From: a virus | Taxonomy: Duplodnaviria > Heunggongvirae > Uroviricota > Caudoviricetes | Length of the DNA: 64,000 nucleotides | Strand: one strand, 5' to 3' | IMG/VR virus record: IMGVR_UViG_3300021400_000141 | Span: 64,001-128,000 of that record | Shown here: positions 55,837-64,000 of the stretch, in pieces | Position numbering within the stretch: position 1 is the stretch's first letter | Layout: every line of letters starts with the position of its first letter | Notes under the pieces: model-generated | The model's input: only the letters and a program-made list of their open reading frames with translations | What the model was told of the DNA's origin: nothing | The model's database searches: none | Made by a program: the position numbers and the translations under genes

Positions 55837-56886
55837 CTAACCCGCCGTAGGTTGACCCATCTTCAGTATTCCGTACTTGTACAACAATAGGATAACCTTG
55901 GATATGTAAGCATTGACGACCGTGTAAGGGTTCACCTGGAACTCGCTCATCTGTTCGTACTGGCCAGTAATGACACTGAATTCAAGCCTTGCCATCGGAG
56001 GAAGGATATTCTTCTCAATGATGATATCAGCGAATTTGTGGAACAGGCTATCAAAGTCAACATAGTTGTCAAGGACAAACTTACGGGCTCCCATGTCGTC
56101 ACCAGCCAGCACGAAGTCTACCAACTTGTTCGTGTACTCGGTGGTGACAACCTTGATTTGCCCCTTGATTGAGCAACGGTTTTCAAGGAAGTTGTTGAAC
56201 ATCGTTGATGTCATCAGTCGCATGTCTGGGTAGCACTTGTCAACGATTTCAGCCACCGTGTTCTTGTCAACAGTACCATTGTAAGGAGCAGTCTCTTCCT
56301 GTGCGATTTCCATCATCTTCAGGTACATCGCATTTTTCACGTCCCTGTCGTCCTTTGGGTAGTCAAACGATACAGAGAAACACCGTGAAGCGATTGCGTC
56401 TGGCAGGCGATGGAAAGCGTTGCACGTCAAAATGAAACGGATTGTGCTCTGGGTATCTTCGATAAGGCCTTGCAGCTTTCTGTAAAATTCCTCGGGTCTG
56501 TTCGGATGGTCAGCCTCATCGAGAACAACGAATCTCGGTAGACCATTCGGGCATGCCAGAGCAGCATAGCTTTCAATGTCAGTGAAGATGTCGGACTGCT
56601 CACGTGCAGAGAAGAACTTAAACGACGTTCCGAGAGTCCTAGGAATTGCTTTCGATAGTGTAGTCTTACCAGTTCCAGATGCAGTCGAGTAGAACACATA
56701 ATGTCCAAACGCATTGAGCTGCAACGCAGTCTCGACCTTATTCCTGATGCTTGCTGGAAGAACCATTTTGTCAACGGTAAGCGGCTGATGTTTAACCACC
56801 CACATTTCGTATCCACCCTTGGCTACGGGGATACTTCTTTTTTCCTCTTCTGGAATGTCTCCTGTAAGCAAATCGAGTTCGTCCAT
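55837..56886 (-). CDS. Clamp loader large subunit (T4 gp44/RFC-like)
   Basis: WVVKHQP, GTGKTT, VLDEAD, FILTCN, SRC and YPDMR motifs. Confidence 0.92.
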   Translation of the reverse strand: MDELDLLTGDIPEEEKRSIPVAKGGYEMWVVKHQPLTVDKMVLPASIRNKVETALQLNAFGHYVFYSTASGTGKTTLSKAIPRTLGTSFKFFSAREQSDIFTDIESYAALACPNGLPRFVVLDEADHPNRPEEFYRKLQGLIEDTQSTIRFILTCNAFHRLPDAIASRCFSVSFDYPKDDRDVKNAMYLKMMEIAQEETAPYNGTVDKNTVAEIVDKCYPDMRLMTSTMFNNFLENRCSIKGQIKVVTTEYTNKLVDFVLAGDDMGARKFVLDNYVDFDSLFHKFADIIIEKNILPPMARLEFSVITGQYEQMSEFQVNPYTVVNAYISKVILLLYKYGILKMGQPTAG

Positions 56887-56887
56887 T

Positions 56888-57148
56888 TTACTTTCTCCCT
56901 TCCTTTTCGGGGGTTGATGGTTCCTCTATCGTAATTTCTTGTATATGGATTGCAGGGATTAAGGACATCTTGTTGCAGTCTTCTCCATGCTTTTTAATAA
57001 CGCCAGACACTTCGATGAAACGACGACCAGCCGCCAAATCCCGCTTCATTCCCTCGTAAGCGTCAATGCTCACGTTTCTAAATTCAAGCGGCGCCTTTCC
57101 GATTCGTTCAATCTTCAGGATTAGCCCTTTGTCACACTTTTCGCTCAT
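56888..57148 (-). CDS. Hypothetical protein
   Basis: Start MSEKCDKG, coupled to neighbours. Confidence 0.55.
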   Translation of the reverse strand: MSEKCDKGLILKIERIGKAPLEFRNVSIDAYEGMKRDLAAGRRFIEVSGVIKKHGEDCNKMSLIPAIHIQEITIEEPSTPEKEGRK

Positions 57149-57831
57149 AGCTTCTCTTTCGCAATGAACTCCGACAGGCTGGTTGGAACAACCTTGTCGC
57201 AATCCGTGATGAAATCTGCACCATCCAACGCATACAGGCAACCCTTCGCATACATCATCCCGTGGTTCCCGTTCCCGAAATGAACGAGCCTTGCCGATGA
57301 ACGGAGGTACACGTCAAGAACATGAAACGAATGGTTCGTCGAGACAACGACAGGAATGCCCTGTGCATCAAGTGCGTCCTTTATCCTGGAAATATAGGTC
57401 TTTTCTCCGATATTGGCAAGTAGTATTTTTCCGCCAATTTTGCACAAAGTCTCGATATACTGGCCAGCCTGCTCGGATGTTCTAACCTTTCCATAAGAAA
57501 CGGTCTGGTCTACCTTAGGGAACAACCTGTGGTAATCCCCGTTAACCGGGTATGTTAAGTAAGTTTTACCTTCACCGAACTCGATTGTTCGATAAGTCGA
57601 TGGAATATCGTATTCAGCATCGGAATCGTACTTGATGACAACACGGCGGTATGAACGGGCCATTGAAGTGAGAGAACACTGGATTCCGCCCTCGCAAAAC
57701 CCATAGAGACGGCCAGCAAAGTTGTCCTCGTGGAACCTAACGTCATGCCGTATCGATGCGACCGATACGGCAAGATGGTTGTGGGCAGACTGTTCGCCTC
57801 CCGCCAGATTCTCCTGAAATTGGTTAGTCAT
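57145..57831 (-). CDS. Hypothetical protein
   Basis: 228-aa ORF coupled to the GT gene. Confidence 0.7.
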   Translation of the reverse strand: MTNQFQENLAGGEQSAHNHLAVSVASIRHDVRFHEDNFAGRLYGFCEGGIQCSLTSMARSYRRVVIKYDSDAEYDIPSTYRTIEFGEGKTYLTYPVNGDYHRLFPKVDQTVSYGKVRTSEQAGQYIETLCKIGGKILLANIGEKTYISRIKDALDAQGIPVVVSTNHSFHVLDVYLRSSARLVHFGNGNHGMMYAKGCLYALDGADFITDCDKVVPTSLSEFIAKEKL

Positions 57832-58846
57832 TCGTGATACCGTTCTTTGCGTAGAATTCCTCGACCTCTTTCAGGACTTCTGGGTAGGCATATTCCTTTG
57901 TGATGTAGCTGTTCACGAAACTCTTCACCATTTCGGGGCCGTCCTCGTACAATACCTCAGTCAGGAATTCCGTCACACTCGGTGTCATTGTCTGCACGTA
58001 GTAAATCGACGTTGTTACATTCAGTCGAAGCCTAGGGCCAACGATAAGGGTAGCATCTCCTTCGATGCCTCCTCGTTCGACAAAGCTCTTGTAAATCTCA
58101 TCAAGGGTAAGTTCCTTGTTGAGATACTTCGTGAATTCTTCGTCAGTCATACGACGCATCAGAGAGCAATACGCCCTATTTTTCTTGTATCGCAGACCAT
58201 CAAGATAAGAACGGTCGTTTATCTTCTTGTGCCACAGGTGGAGAACAGCGCCTCCCTTGCAACGCAATTCCCTCTTGCCAGTAACCCTACGGATTTTGAA
58301 CACAAAGGCGTCATCCTCTGCTCCCCAACCAATGAACTCCTCGTCGAACCCACAAACTTTCTCATACGTTTCCTTGCTAAAACAGTTGATAAGGCCAGTC
58401 TGGCGAGTTATTGGAATGTTGGAGTTATAACGAATGGGGATGTCAACGACATCGTGACGGCATTTCCTGCGGGTCTGTGCCTCGGTCAGGTATACGCATG
58501 TCTCGTAAGGGAATACAAGAGGTGCGTCATCGCAGTGATTTTTGATGTTGTCAACAACTCCTGCATCTATCCAAGAGTCAGCGTCAATCATGACATAATG
58601 AGTGTAGTCAGGATGGTTCTTTACCGCATAGTTCAACAGTCCAGTCTTATGGAAGTTCGTATCGTCGAATTCAACCTTGTGATGGAAAGTCACCCCAGGA
58701 AGTCCTTCGGTCAATCCATCCTGTTCAACAATGCAGATATCAGCTTCGGGGTCAACAGTTTTGAGCTGTTCGATGGAAGCCTTGAAATTACGGAGGCGGC
58801 ACGGGTCCGTCGAATAGAAAGTATAGATGTAGAGAAACTTGTTCAT
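57824..58846 (-). CDS. GT2/GT7-type glycosyltransferase
   Basis: IVEQD, FHKTGLLN, IDAD (DxD), GFDEEFIGWGAEDD, HLWH. Confidence 0.88.
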   Translation of the reverse strand: MNKFLYIYTFYSTDPCRLRNFKASIEQLKTVDPEADICIVEQDGLTEGLPGVTFHHKVEFDDTNFHKTGLLNYAVKNHPDYTHYVMIDADSWIDAGVVDNIKNHCDDAPLVFPYETCVYLTEAQTRRKCRHDVVDIPIRYNSNIPITRQTGLINCFSKETYEKVCGFDEEFIGWGAEDDAFVFKIRRVTGKRELRCKGGAVLHLWHKKINDRSYLDGLRYKKNRAYCSLMRRMTDEEFTKYLNKELTLDEIYKSFVERGGIEGDATLIVGPRLRLNVTTSIYYVQTMTPSVTEFLTEVLYEDGPEMVKSFVNSYITKEYAYPEVLKEVEEFYAKNGITND

Positions 58847-58850
58847 ATAA

Positions 58851-59660
58851 TTATTTCATCAGACGTTTGATATCCGTTTCACTAATGCTTGCGTACATTA
58901 GTTCGTTCCTGAATGACTGAACGATGTTCATAATACGGTCCTTCATGCCAGGGTGGGTTCCATACTGCAAGTTTTTATCCTTCTTGTCATACATAAAATA
59001 CAATGTAAGAAGCATGAATATGGACCCATCCACAAACGAGCTGCCGAAACCAGTTCCCTGCAAGATAGAACAGGCAAATAGGTCTGCCGAGCGTTCGTTG
59101 TTTCTGGAAACATTGTTGCTGGTCTCGTTCGTGCGGTCGCAGTGGCACAGCATGATGTGGCCGATTTCATGGCAAAGCACAAAGGTAATCATCTTGCGGG
59201 CAAGTTCCATGTATTGAGGATAGTTTTCCTTGACAAGATACTCGGGGAACCTCTGGTAGAACTCGTCAATCTTGGCCGGGTCGATAGCATCCCATTCTTC
59301 CCCATACGCTTCAATCTCTGTAAAGACATTCCCGAAAAGCCATTTCACTGCACGCTTGGCTTGACTAACCTTGTGCGTCCTCATGTACAGGCTAAAAATA
59401 GCAGCACATGTACACATCAACAGACTTAATCCAGCGAACGTATATACGCCAAACGAGTTCCCACCATTGCGTGCGGCAAATGAATTTGCAATCGGTTCAG
59501 GGGTGTAGATGAACTTTACCCTTGACATCTTCTCCAGATACGCCCTGTTTCTAGCAAGGTAGCTCGATGCCTGTATCATGTTGATAGCATCATCTACCAT
59601 ATCCTGAATTGGATATTTAGGGGCTTTTACTTTTCTATGCTTGACGCTTACATAATTCAT
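58851..59660 (-). CDS. Zinc metallopeptidase (M48/ImmA-IrrE-like)
   Basis: NSFA, LCHEIGH (HExxH), ERSAD and THP...DRI motifs. Confidence 0.78.
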   Translation of the reverse strand: MNYVSVKHRKVKAPKYPIQDMVDDAINMIQASSYLARNRAYLEKMSRVKFIYTPEPIANSFAARNGGNSFGVYTFAGLSLLMCTCAAIFSLYMRTHKVSQAKRAVKWLFGNVFTEIEAYGEEWDAIDPAKIDEFYQRFPEYLVKENYPQYMELARKMITFVLCHEIGHIMLCHCDRTNETSNNVSRNNERSADLFACSILQGTGFGSSFVDGSIFMLLTLYFMYDKKDKNLQYGTHPGMKDRIMNIVQSFRNELMYASISETDIKRLMK

Positions 59661-60420
59661 GGGTTCCTCCTGTTGTTAAATGCTTGGCGCTCCATTCAAG
59701 TCTTATTTTCCTACGCATGCGGGTTAGTAAAAGAATCGCCCTTTCCTTGCTGCAGTTATGAGCTTCCGCATAGATGTCGGTGGCATGTTTGGGCGATTCT
59801 GTCGTGACAAGGTAGCCATACATGTCCTGCATCTCTGGAGTAAGGGTCTCATACATCTTTGATGCGAATTGAAGTTTCCCCTGAGAGTCTGCGTCGAACG
59901 GTTCTATCGAATGCAGGTATTCAATCACTTCGCCGTCCTTCCCAGTCTTCGTGGTTTCGACGTACGATAGCGTCACCTTCTTGGATGGGTTGACATACAC
60001 CAGTGCGTCCTCTGATATGAACTTCTTGATGTATCCGTGAAGGCACAGCACCATGTACGAGTTGAAAGATGCACCACCCTCGGGGTTGAAATTAGACACC
60101 AACGTACCGAAGTGCACATACGGGAGATGCACAAGGTCGTTGGCGTCCAGTGAATATTGCTTAGCGTAATTGTTGTATAGTCTGATAAGATAAAGCGAGT
60201 AATTGCCGATTACGATGTCTCGATATGTGTTGTACAGGCGCCTGCTGTTTGGGTCTTCGCTACTCAGTAGCTTCTTGCACAGACCGACTATGGAATTGAT
60301 TAGGTCGCCAGTATTCTCCACATTCATTTTTGTTTTTAACACGCTTATGTATGTTTGTGATTTGTTATATGAGTCGGATAATACTTTTTTATCTACATAC
60401 ACCACTTCCTTCTTTATCAT
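59635..60420 (-). CDS. Divergent sigma70-family RNA polymerase sigma factor-like protein
   Basis: RDIVIGNY...DLVH...FNPEGGASFNSYMVLCLHGYI resembles region 2; C-terminal helix pair resembles region 4. Confidence 0.6.
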   Translation of the reverse strand: MIKKEVVYVDKKVLSDSYNKSQTYISVLKTKMNVENTGDLINSIVGLCKKLLSSEDPNSRRLYNTYRDIVIGNYSLYLIRLYNNYAKQYSLDANDLVHLPYVHFGTLVSNFNPEGGASFNSYMVLCLHGYIKKFISEDALVYVNPSKKVTLSYVETTKTGKDGEVIEYLHSIEPFDADSQGKLQFASKMYETLTPEMQDMYGYLVTTESPKHATDIYAEAHNCSKERAILLLTRMRRKIRLEWSAKHLTTGGTHELCKRQA

Positions 60421-60505
60421 AGTTCCTCATGGCAGGAAAGGCAGCTAGTCTATTTATCCAGAATTTTTGCATATATGTGTACCCTTCCTTTCTTGTTTGT
60501 AAGGA

Positions 60506-60534
60506 AATATAATACATTTCAGATACACTTGCAA
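60506..60534 (-). promoter_or_regulatory. Sigma70-like promoter
   Basis: TTGCAA-17 bp-TATATT upstream of the sigma-like operon. Confidence 0.55.
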
Positions 60535-60712
60535 GAGTTTTGTACACAAAAAATTAAAGTCGGGAATTTCCCGACTTCTCTTGTATTTCTTCTTTGTTTC
60601 GACCACTCGGCATCGCAGTTTCCGACCGTTCTCGGTCTCTGCTATCCGCAGCTTCCTGGCATAGGGTGTCTCCTTAGCTTCGTTTATTTTTAGGTATATT
60701 GGTTTCATGGTT

Positions 60713-61105
60713 TTATCCTTGTAGGATGCAGTCTTTAAGTAGACTCATTGCCTGTGCCACGTCAGCATCCATCGGTTCTGACGGGGCTGTTGAAACGGAC
60801 GTGTTTGTGCCGCTAGGAGTGCTTACGCTACTCTTCGTGATAGTTCCTGCAGGAGTAGATACGCTGGTAGTATCAATTTCCTTGTAATCCTGTTCAGTCA
60901 GCGGCTGGAACTCGTAGCTGTGATTCTGCTTGAACTTTTCTATCGTAGCAAGGATGTCGTTGTAGCCATAGCCAGGAGCGTTGATTGCACGACGGTTGAA
61001 CTCCCCTATAACATCACGTTCCTTATAGAGGTTTTCGTTGTGGTCGCTGTAACCGATTACGTTACCACCGACTATCATGCTCGGCAATGCGCTCTCAACT
61101 CCCAT
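60713..61105 (-). CDS. Hypothetical protein with S/T-rich repeat linker
   Basis: TSVSTPAGT / SSVSTPSGT / TSVSTAPS repeats; TATAAACT upstream. Confidence 0.7.
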   Translation of the reverse strand: MGVESALPSMIVGGNVIGYSDHNENLYKERDVIGEFNRRAINAPGYGYNDILATIEKFKQNHSYEFQPLTEQDYKEIDTTSVSTPAGTITKSSVSTPSGTNTSVSTAPSEPMDADVAQAMSLLKDCILQG

Positions 61106-61153
61106 AATATCATCCTACATGTCGGTTCCCATAAACCCACCTTAATCAAATCT

Positions 61154-61161
61154 AGTTTATA
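61154..61161 (-). promoter_or_regulatory. Late-type promoter TATAAACT
   Basis: Exact motif upstream of the 61105 start. Confidence 0.6.
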
Positions 61162-61612
61162 CTGTCTCCCATGAATCAGTGGCTTCAATGGCATCGTCAA
61201 CGAAGTTGCCAGCCTTCTTCATGTCGTAGATGTCCCTGCGTACCTTGTCCTCAAACTGCTTGAATGTCTGGTCGAGGATTTTGCTCATGCCAGCACCATC
61301 AACATTGTTCAGAGTGTATTCAGCGGAAATCGGCTTCCCATTATAGGTATTCGCAGTTGAGATAAAAACCTTCGTCTCGCTCATGAAAGGAACAACATCG
61401 GACGCATCAGCGATAAGCTCGTCCATGTTTCCGTGGAGAGTTGTTCTGATTTCCGTGTTCCAACCCATGTACGGCATAAGAAACCTTACCATAACGGCGG
61501 TCTCATTAAGTTCCTTCATCATGAGTTGACCTTGTGTGGGCTCAGTCCAAAAAAGGAATGTGAAAAATTCCTTCAACTTGGACACGAGGGTTGCTTTTGT
61601 CTCGCTTGTCAT
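61157..61612 (-). CDS. Hypothetical protein
   Basis: Start MTSETKATL with AAGGAAGG RBS. Confidence 0.65.
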   Translation of the reverse strand: MTSETKATLVSKLKEFFTFLFWTEPTQGQLMMKELNETAVMVRFLMPYMGWNTEIRTTLHGNMDELIADASDVVPFMSETKVFISTANTYNGKPISAEYTLNNVDGAGMSKILDQTFKQFEDKVRRDIYDMKKAGNFVDDAIEATDSWETV

Positions 61613-61623
61613 AAAACCTTCCT

Positions 61624-61863
61624 TTACAAGAACTGCCTCAGATACGGATTGGCACAAATGACCGCAACGGAAAGCTTCTTGTTGTGGAGCTTAACCGTCT
61701 GGCGGTGCCTGACACGTTTCTTTTTCACGGAAGGTGTGGCCTGCTGCTCCTTGCCATCAGTCACCACCTGCTTGGGAGGTTCTGGAATGACAGGGGCTTC
61801 CTTTACGATTGGCCTATCTTCCTGAACGGAAACGGGTTCCGTATTTCTATGTCTTCTTGTCAT
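61624..61863 (-). CDS. Small basic hypothetical protein
   Basis: AGGAGG RBS; 79 aa. Confidence 0.55.
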   Translation of the reverse strand: MTRRHRNTEPVSVQEDRPIVKEAPVIPEPPKQVVTDGKEQQATPSVKKKRVRHRQTVKLHNKKLSVAVICANPYLRQFL

Positions 61864-61906
61864 GTCGTCCTCCTAATTTAGATAAAAAACTCACGACCGT
61901 CAAGTT

Positions 61907-62707
61907 TTAGTTAGATAAGTCAGTCATCATGAACGGCCTTGCTGCCTCGTTCTTGATTTCTTCGAGCTTCTTATCGTTGATTTCTTTCCAAGTGGTATAG
62001 ATTGTCTGTCCGTTCACAGTACCACCACCAGGAAGAGTGACCGTGTCCTTCATGAGAATGATGCCGAGCTGCATACCAGCCCTAGACACCACGAAGTCCC
62101 TGAACAGCGGGTTGGCAAACACTTCTGCCTGCTTAGCCTTCAAGTAAACCCTAGCGATTGCATTCCTATCCGTTTTCGGAGTAGGATAGACACGCATGCG
62201 GTGTTCAACGGGGTGCAGCTTGACGCTGTACTGCGTACCAACAATCTTCTTAACGTCTTGTAGATATCTCAGTGCGCCCGTATACGTGATAAGGTCGAAC
62301 TGCCCCAGTCCGCCAAGACCAGCACCGCCAACACCCATCAGGGATTCGCCAGGGCCCACATCCCATGCCATCATCGGGCTAAACGTGTTTCCGTAGCTCG
62401 GGTTCAGGTCAACCAACTGATACACATTGTCGGGAACCTTGTATTCGATAATTCCCTGCTTCAGATGGATAATCATGTAGTCGCTGTAAGTCGCTTCGGA
62501 CTGCATGTAGCGGTAGAAGTAGTCGAGCGAGTCCTGAATGGCCATGGCGATATGACCAAGACCGTTTCTGTTCTCGACTTCCATCTCGATTTCTGTGGCC
62601 GGATAGCCCAGCCTAGCCTTGATGTACTCGGTGACATCATCACGAGTCATCAGCATTGTTGGCAGCGGGTCTGGCGGCAAGTTGAAAATTTCAGGGTTCC
62701 TACGCAT
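61907..62707 (-). CDS. Neck/head-completion protein (T4 gp13-like)
   Basis: YIKARLGYP, IQDSLDYF and TLPGGGTVNGQTIY motifs typical of gp13. Confidence 0.82.
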   Translation of the reverse strand: MRRNPEIFNLPPDPLPTMLMTRDDVTEYIKARLGYPATEIEMEVENRNGLGHIAMAIQDSLDYFYRYMQSEATYSDYMIIHLKQGIIEYKVPDNVYQLVDLNPSYGNTFSPMMAWDVGPGESLMGVGGAGLGGLGQFDLITYTGALRYLQDVKKIVGTQYSVKLHPVEHRMRVYPTPKTDRNAIARVYLKAKQAEVFANPLFRDFVVSRAGMQLGIILMKDTVTLPGGGTVNGQTIYTTWKEINDKKLEEIKNEAARPFMMTDLSN

Positions 62708-63231
62708 TATGCAATCTTCCTCTCTGGGAACCTAGAATAGATTTCCTGGTCACCCGTCTTCAATGTGATGTTGAACAGTGGCTTACCCGTTCTGTTGGAA
62801 GTAACGTTTATTCGGCCCTTCATTCCACCGTCGGGAGTATGAGATATTCCAATGCTGAAATCCTTGGTCGAATTGATTTGTTCAGAGGTGATGCCAAACT
62901 GCGGCGTGTAGTACATATCAAGGTTAGCCAAGATAAATTCCTTCAACGCCTGCTTGGACTCGAACTTCTGTAGCCTTCCGTTCATCAACTCCTGGTGCAA
63001 CCAATATGTGTATCGGTTGACTAGATGCGGAGTGCGGTTATAGATGTCCTCAATTCCCCTGAACGTGAAAAACATCTGCGGGTGCTCTGGACTGTAGTAG
63101 ATAAAGTTAGCCTCTGGGTGCTTGAAACATTCCTCGAACAATGCAGACACAACGGCTGATTGGGCTTCGGTCAGCCCAAGCTTGTCGATGTTCTCATAGA
63201 ACAATGCCGCTTTGTCAAGACTATCAGTCAT
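62707..63231 (-). CDS. Hypothetical protein with shared N-terminal leader
   Basis: LFYENIDKLGLTEAQSAVVSALFEECF. Confidence 0.7.
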   Translation of the reverse strand: MTDSLDKAALFYENIDKLGLTEAQSAVVSALFEECFKHPEANFIYYSPEHPQMFFTFRGIEDIYNRTPHLVNRYTYWLHQELMNGRLQKFESKQALKEFILANLDMYYTPQFGITSEQINSTKDFSIGISHTPDGGMKGRINVTSNRTGKPLFNITLKTGDQEIYSRFPERKIA

Positions 63232-63244
63232 AGTTACCCGTAAA

Positions 63245-63937
63245 TTAAACGTCATTGTTTTCAAAGAAACGGATGAGGTGATACTTAATTCCAGTCAACT
63301 CGTCGATGAAACCGTCGAGCGTACCGTTAAGTCCGAATGTCTCGAAATGTTCAAGCTGAGAACGGAACTCAGAAATCTTATCGAGGTCTTCATCGACCGA
63401 TGCGAGGAACGCACCCTTGTCGGTCAGGTTAGGAATCTTTCCAGACCATACCTTGAAATCGATGTTCTCGTTATAAGTAGCCTGCAATGTTTCGGCCACC
63501 TTGTCCTTGGTTTCCTGGTAGAGTTCGTAGCATTCCTGTGCCTTCTCGTGCAGGGACTTGCTTTCAGCGTTCCAGTGGTATTGCTGGTATGCGTTCTGCT
63601 TGGCGTTCATGAGCGTCAAGAGGTTGTACATTATAGCCTTTGCACCTTCGTCGGCATTCGGTTCATTGGCGGCTTCGGACGGGGTTTCCTCAGGTTCAAG
63701 ATTCTCGGGAACTTCTTCCTCGGGTGCATTGAGCTCTTCTTCGCCAGCATCAACGCCGTCATCACCTTCGTCCTTTTCTTCCTTCTCGTCCGACTCCTCT
63801 TTATTATCGTCATCGTCATCCGAGTCGTTTTCGGCTGCCTCGTAGATGGCGTTGTGGATAGCAGCCACCGCATCAATAGTGTCTGGGTCAATGCCAGCTT
63901 GCTGCATTGATTCCACGAAAATTTTGTACGGATTCAT
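63245..63937 (-). CDS. Ferritin/Dps-like four-helix protein with shared leader and acidic linker
   Basis: YHWNAESKSLHEKAQECYE...DKVAE resembles the Dps ferroxidase motif; GAGGAG RBS. Confidence 0.65.
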   Translation of the reverse strand: MNPYKIFVESMQQAGIDPDTIDAVAAIHNAIYEAAENDSDDDDDNKEESDEKEEKDEGDDGVDAGEEELNAPEEEVPENLEPEETPSEAANEPNADEGAKAIMYNLLTLMNAKQNAYQQYHWNAESKSLHEKAQECYELYQETKDKVAETLQATYNENIDFKVWSGKIPNLTDKGAFLASVDEDLDKISEFRSQLEHFETFGLNGTLDGFIDELTGIKYHLIRFFENNDV

Positions 63938-63964
63938 ATTACTCCTCAGTAATGAACTATCAAT

Positions 63965-63972
63965 AGTTTATA
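63965..63972 (-). promoter_or_regulatory. Late-type promoter TATAAACT
   Basis: Exact motif upstream of the Dps-like/neck operon. Confidence 0.65.
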
Positions 63973-64000
63973 CCTTGGAGAACCTAAAAAGAAAGCCTAC

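Noticed and set aside
1-64000. Stop-codon reassignment (TAG/TGA recoding seen in some large phages)
   Set aside because: Conserved genes are full length under code 11, and TAG/TGA end genes at expected positions
1-64000. CRISPR arrays, tRNA or rRNA genes, IS elements, integrase
   Set aside because: No regularly spaced repeats, cloverleaf-like segments or transposase/integrase motifs noticed by eye; a tRNAscan/Infernal run would be needed to exclude small RNAs

Overview
This window is a 64-kb segment of a large, T4-like (myovirus/jumbo-type) dsDNA phage genome, probably infecting an anaerobe. Standard code 11 gives intact genes. The recognisable genes are: virion genes (1462-aa tail sheath with large insertions, tail tube, gp13-like neck protein); replication and nucleotide genes (clamp loader, RuvC-like resolvase, NrdD/NrdG, ThyA, DHFR, N6-adenine MTase); a sigma-like factor; three glycosyltransferase loci; and a long minus-strand array of small early hypothetical genes. 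Two promoter classes can be read directly: sigma70-like TTG(A/C)CA-17-TATATT and a late-type TATAAACT. The most notable system is at 22.7-31.2 kb. It is a complete four-step deamidating NAD+ rebuilding pathway (PncA, PncB, NadM-Nudix, NadE) clustered with macrodomain, SLOG and NADAR genes under early promoters, and it is a candidate NAD-reconstitution anti-defence route distinct from NARP1/NARP2. Other leads are a shared N-terminal leader on 6-7 unrelated late proteins (possible capsid-targeting signal), a stand-alone terminase ATPase domain lacking the Walker A lysine, promoter-inside-hairpin cassettes, and intein-like insertions in NrdD. All assignments come from motif reading by eye; no database searches were run.
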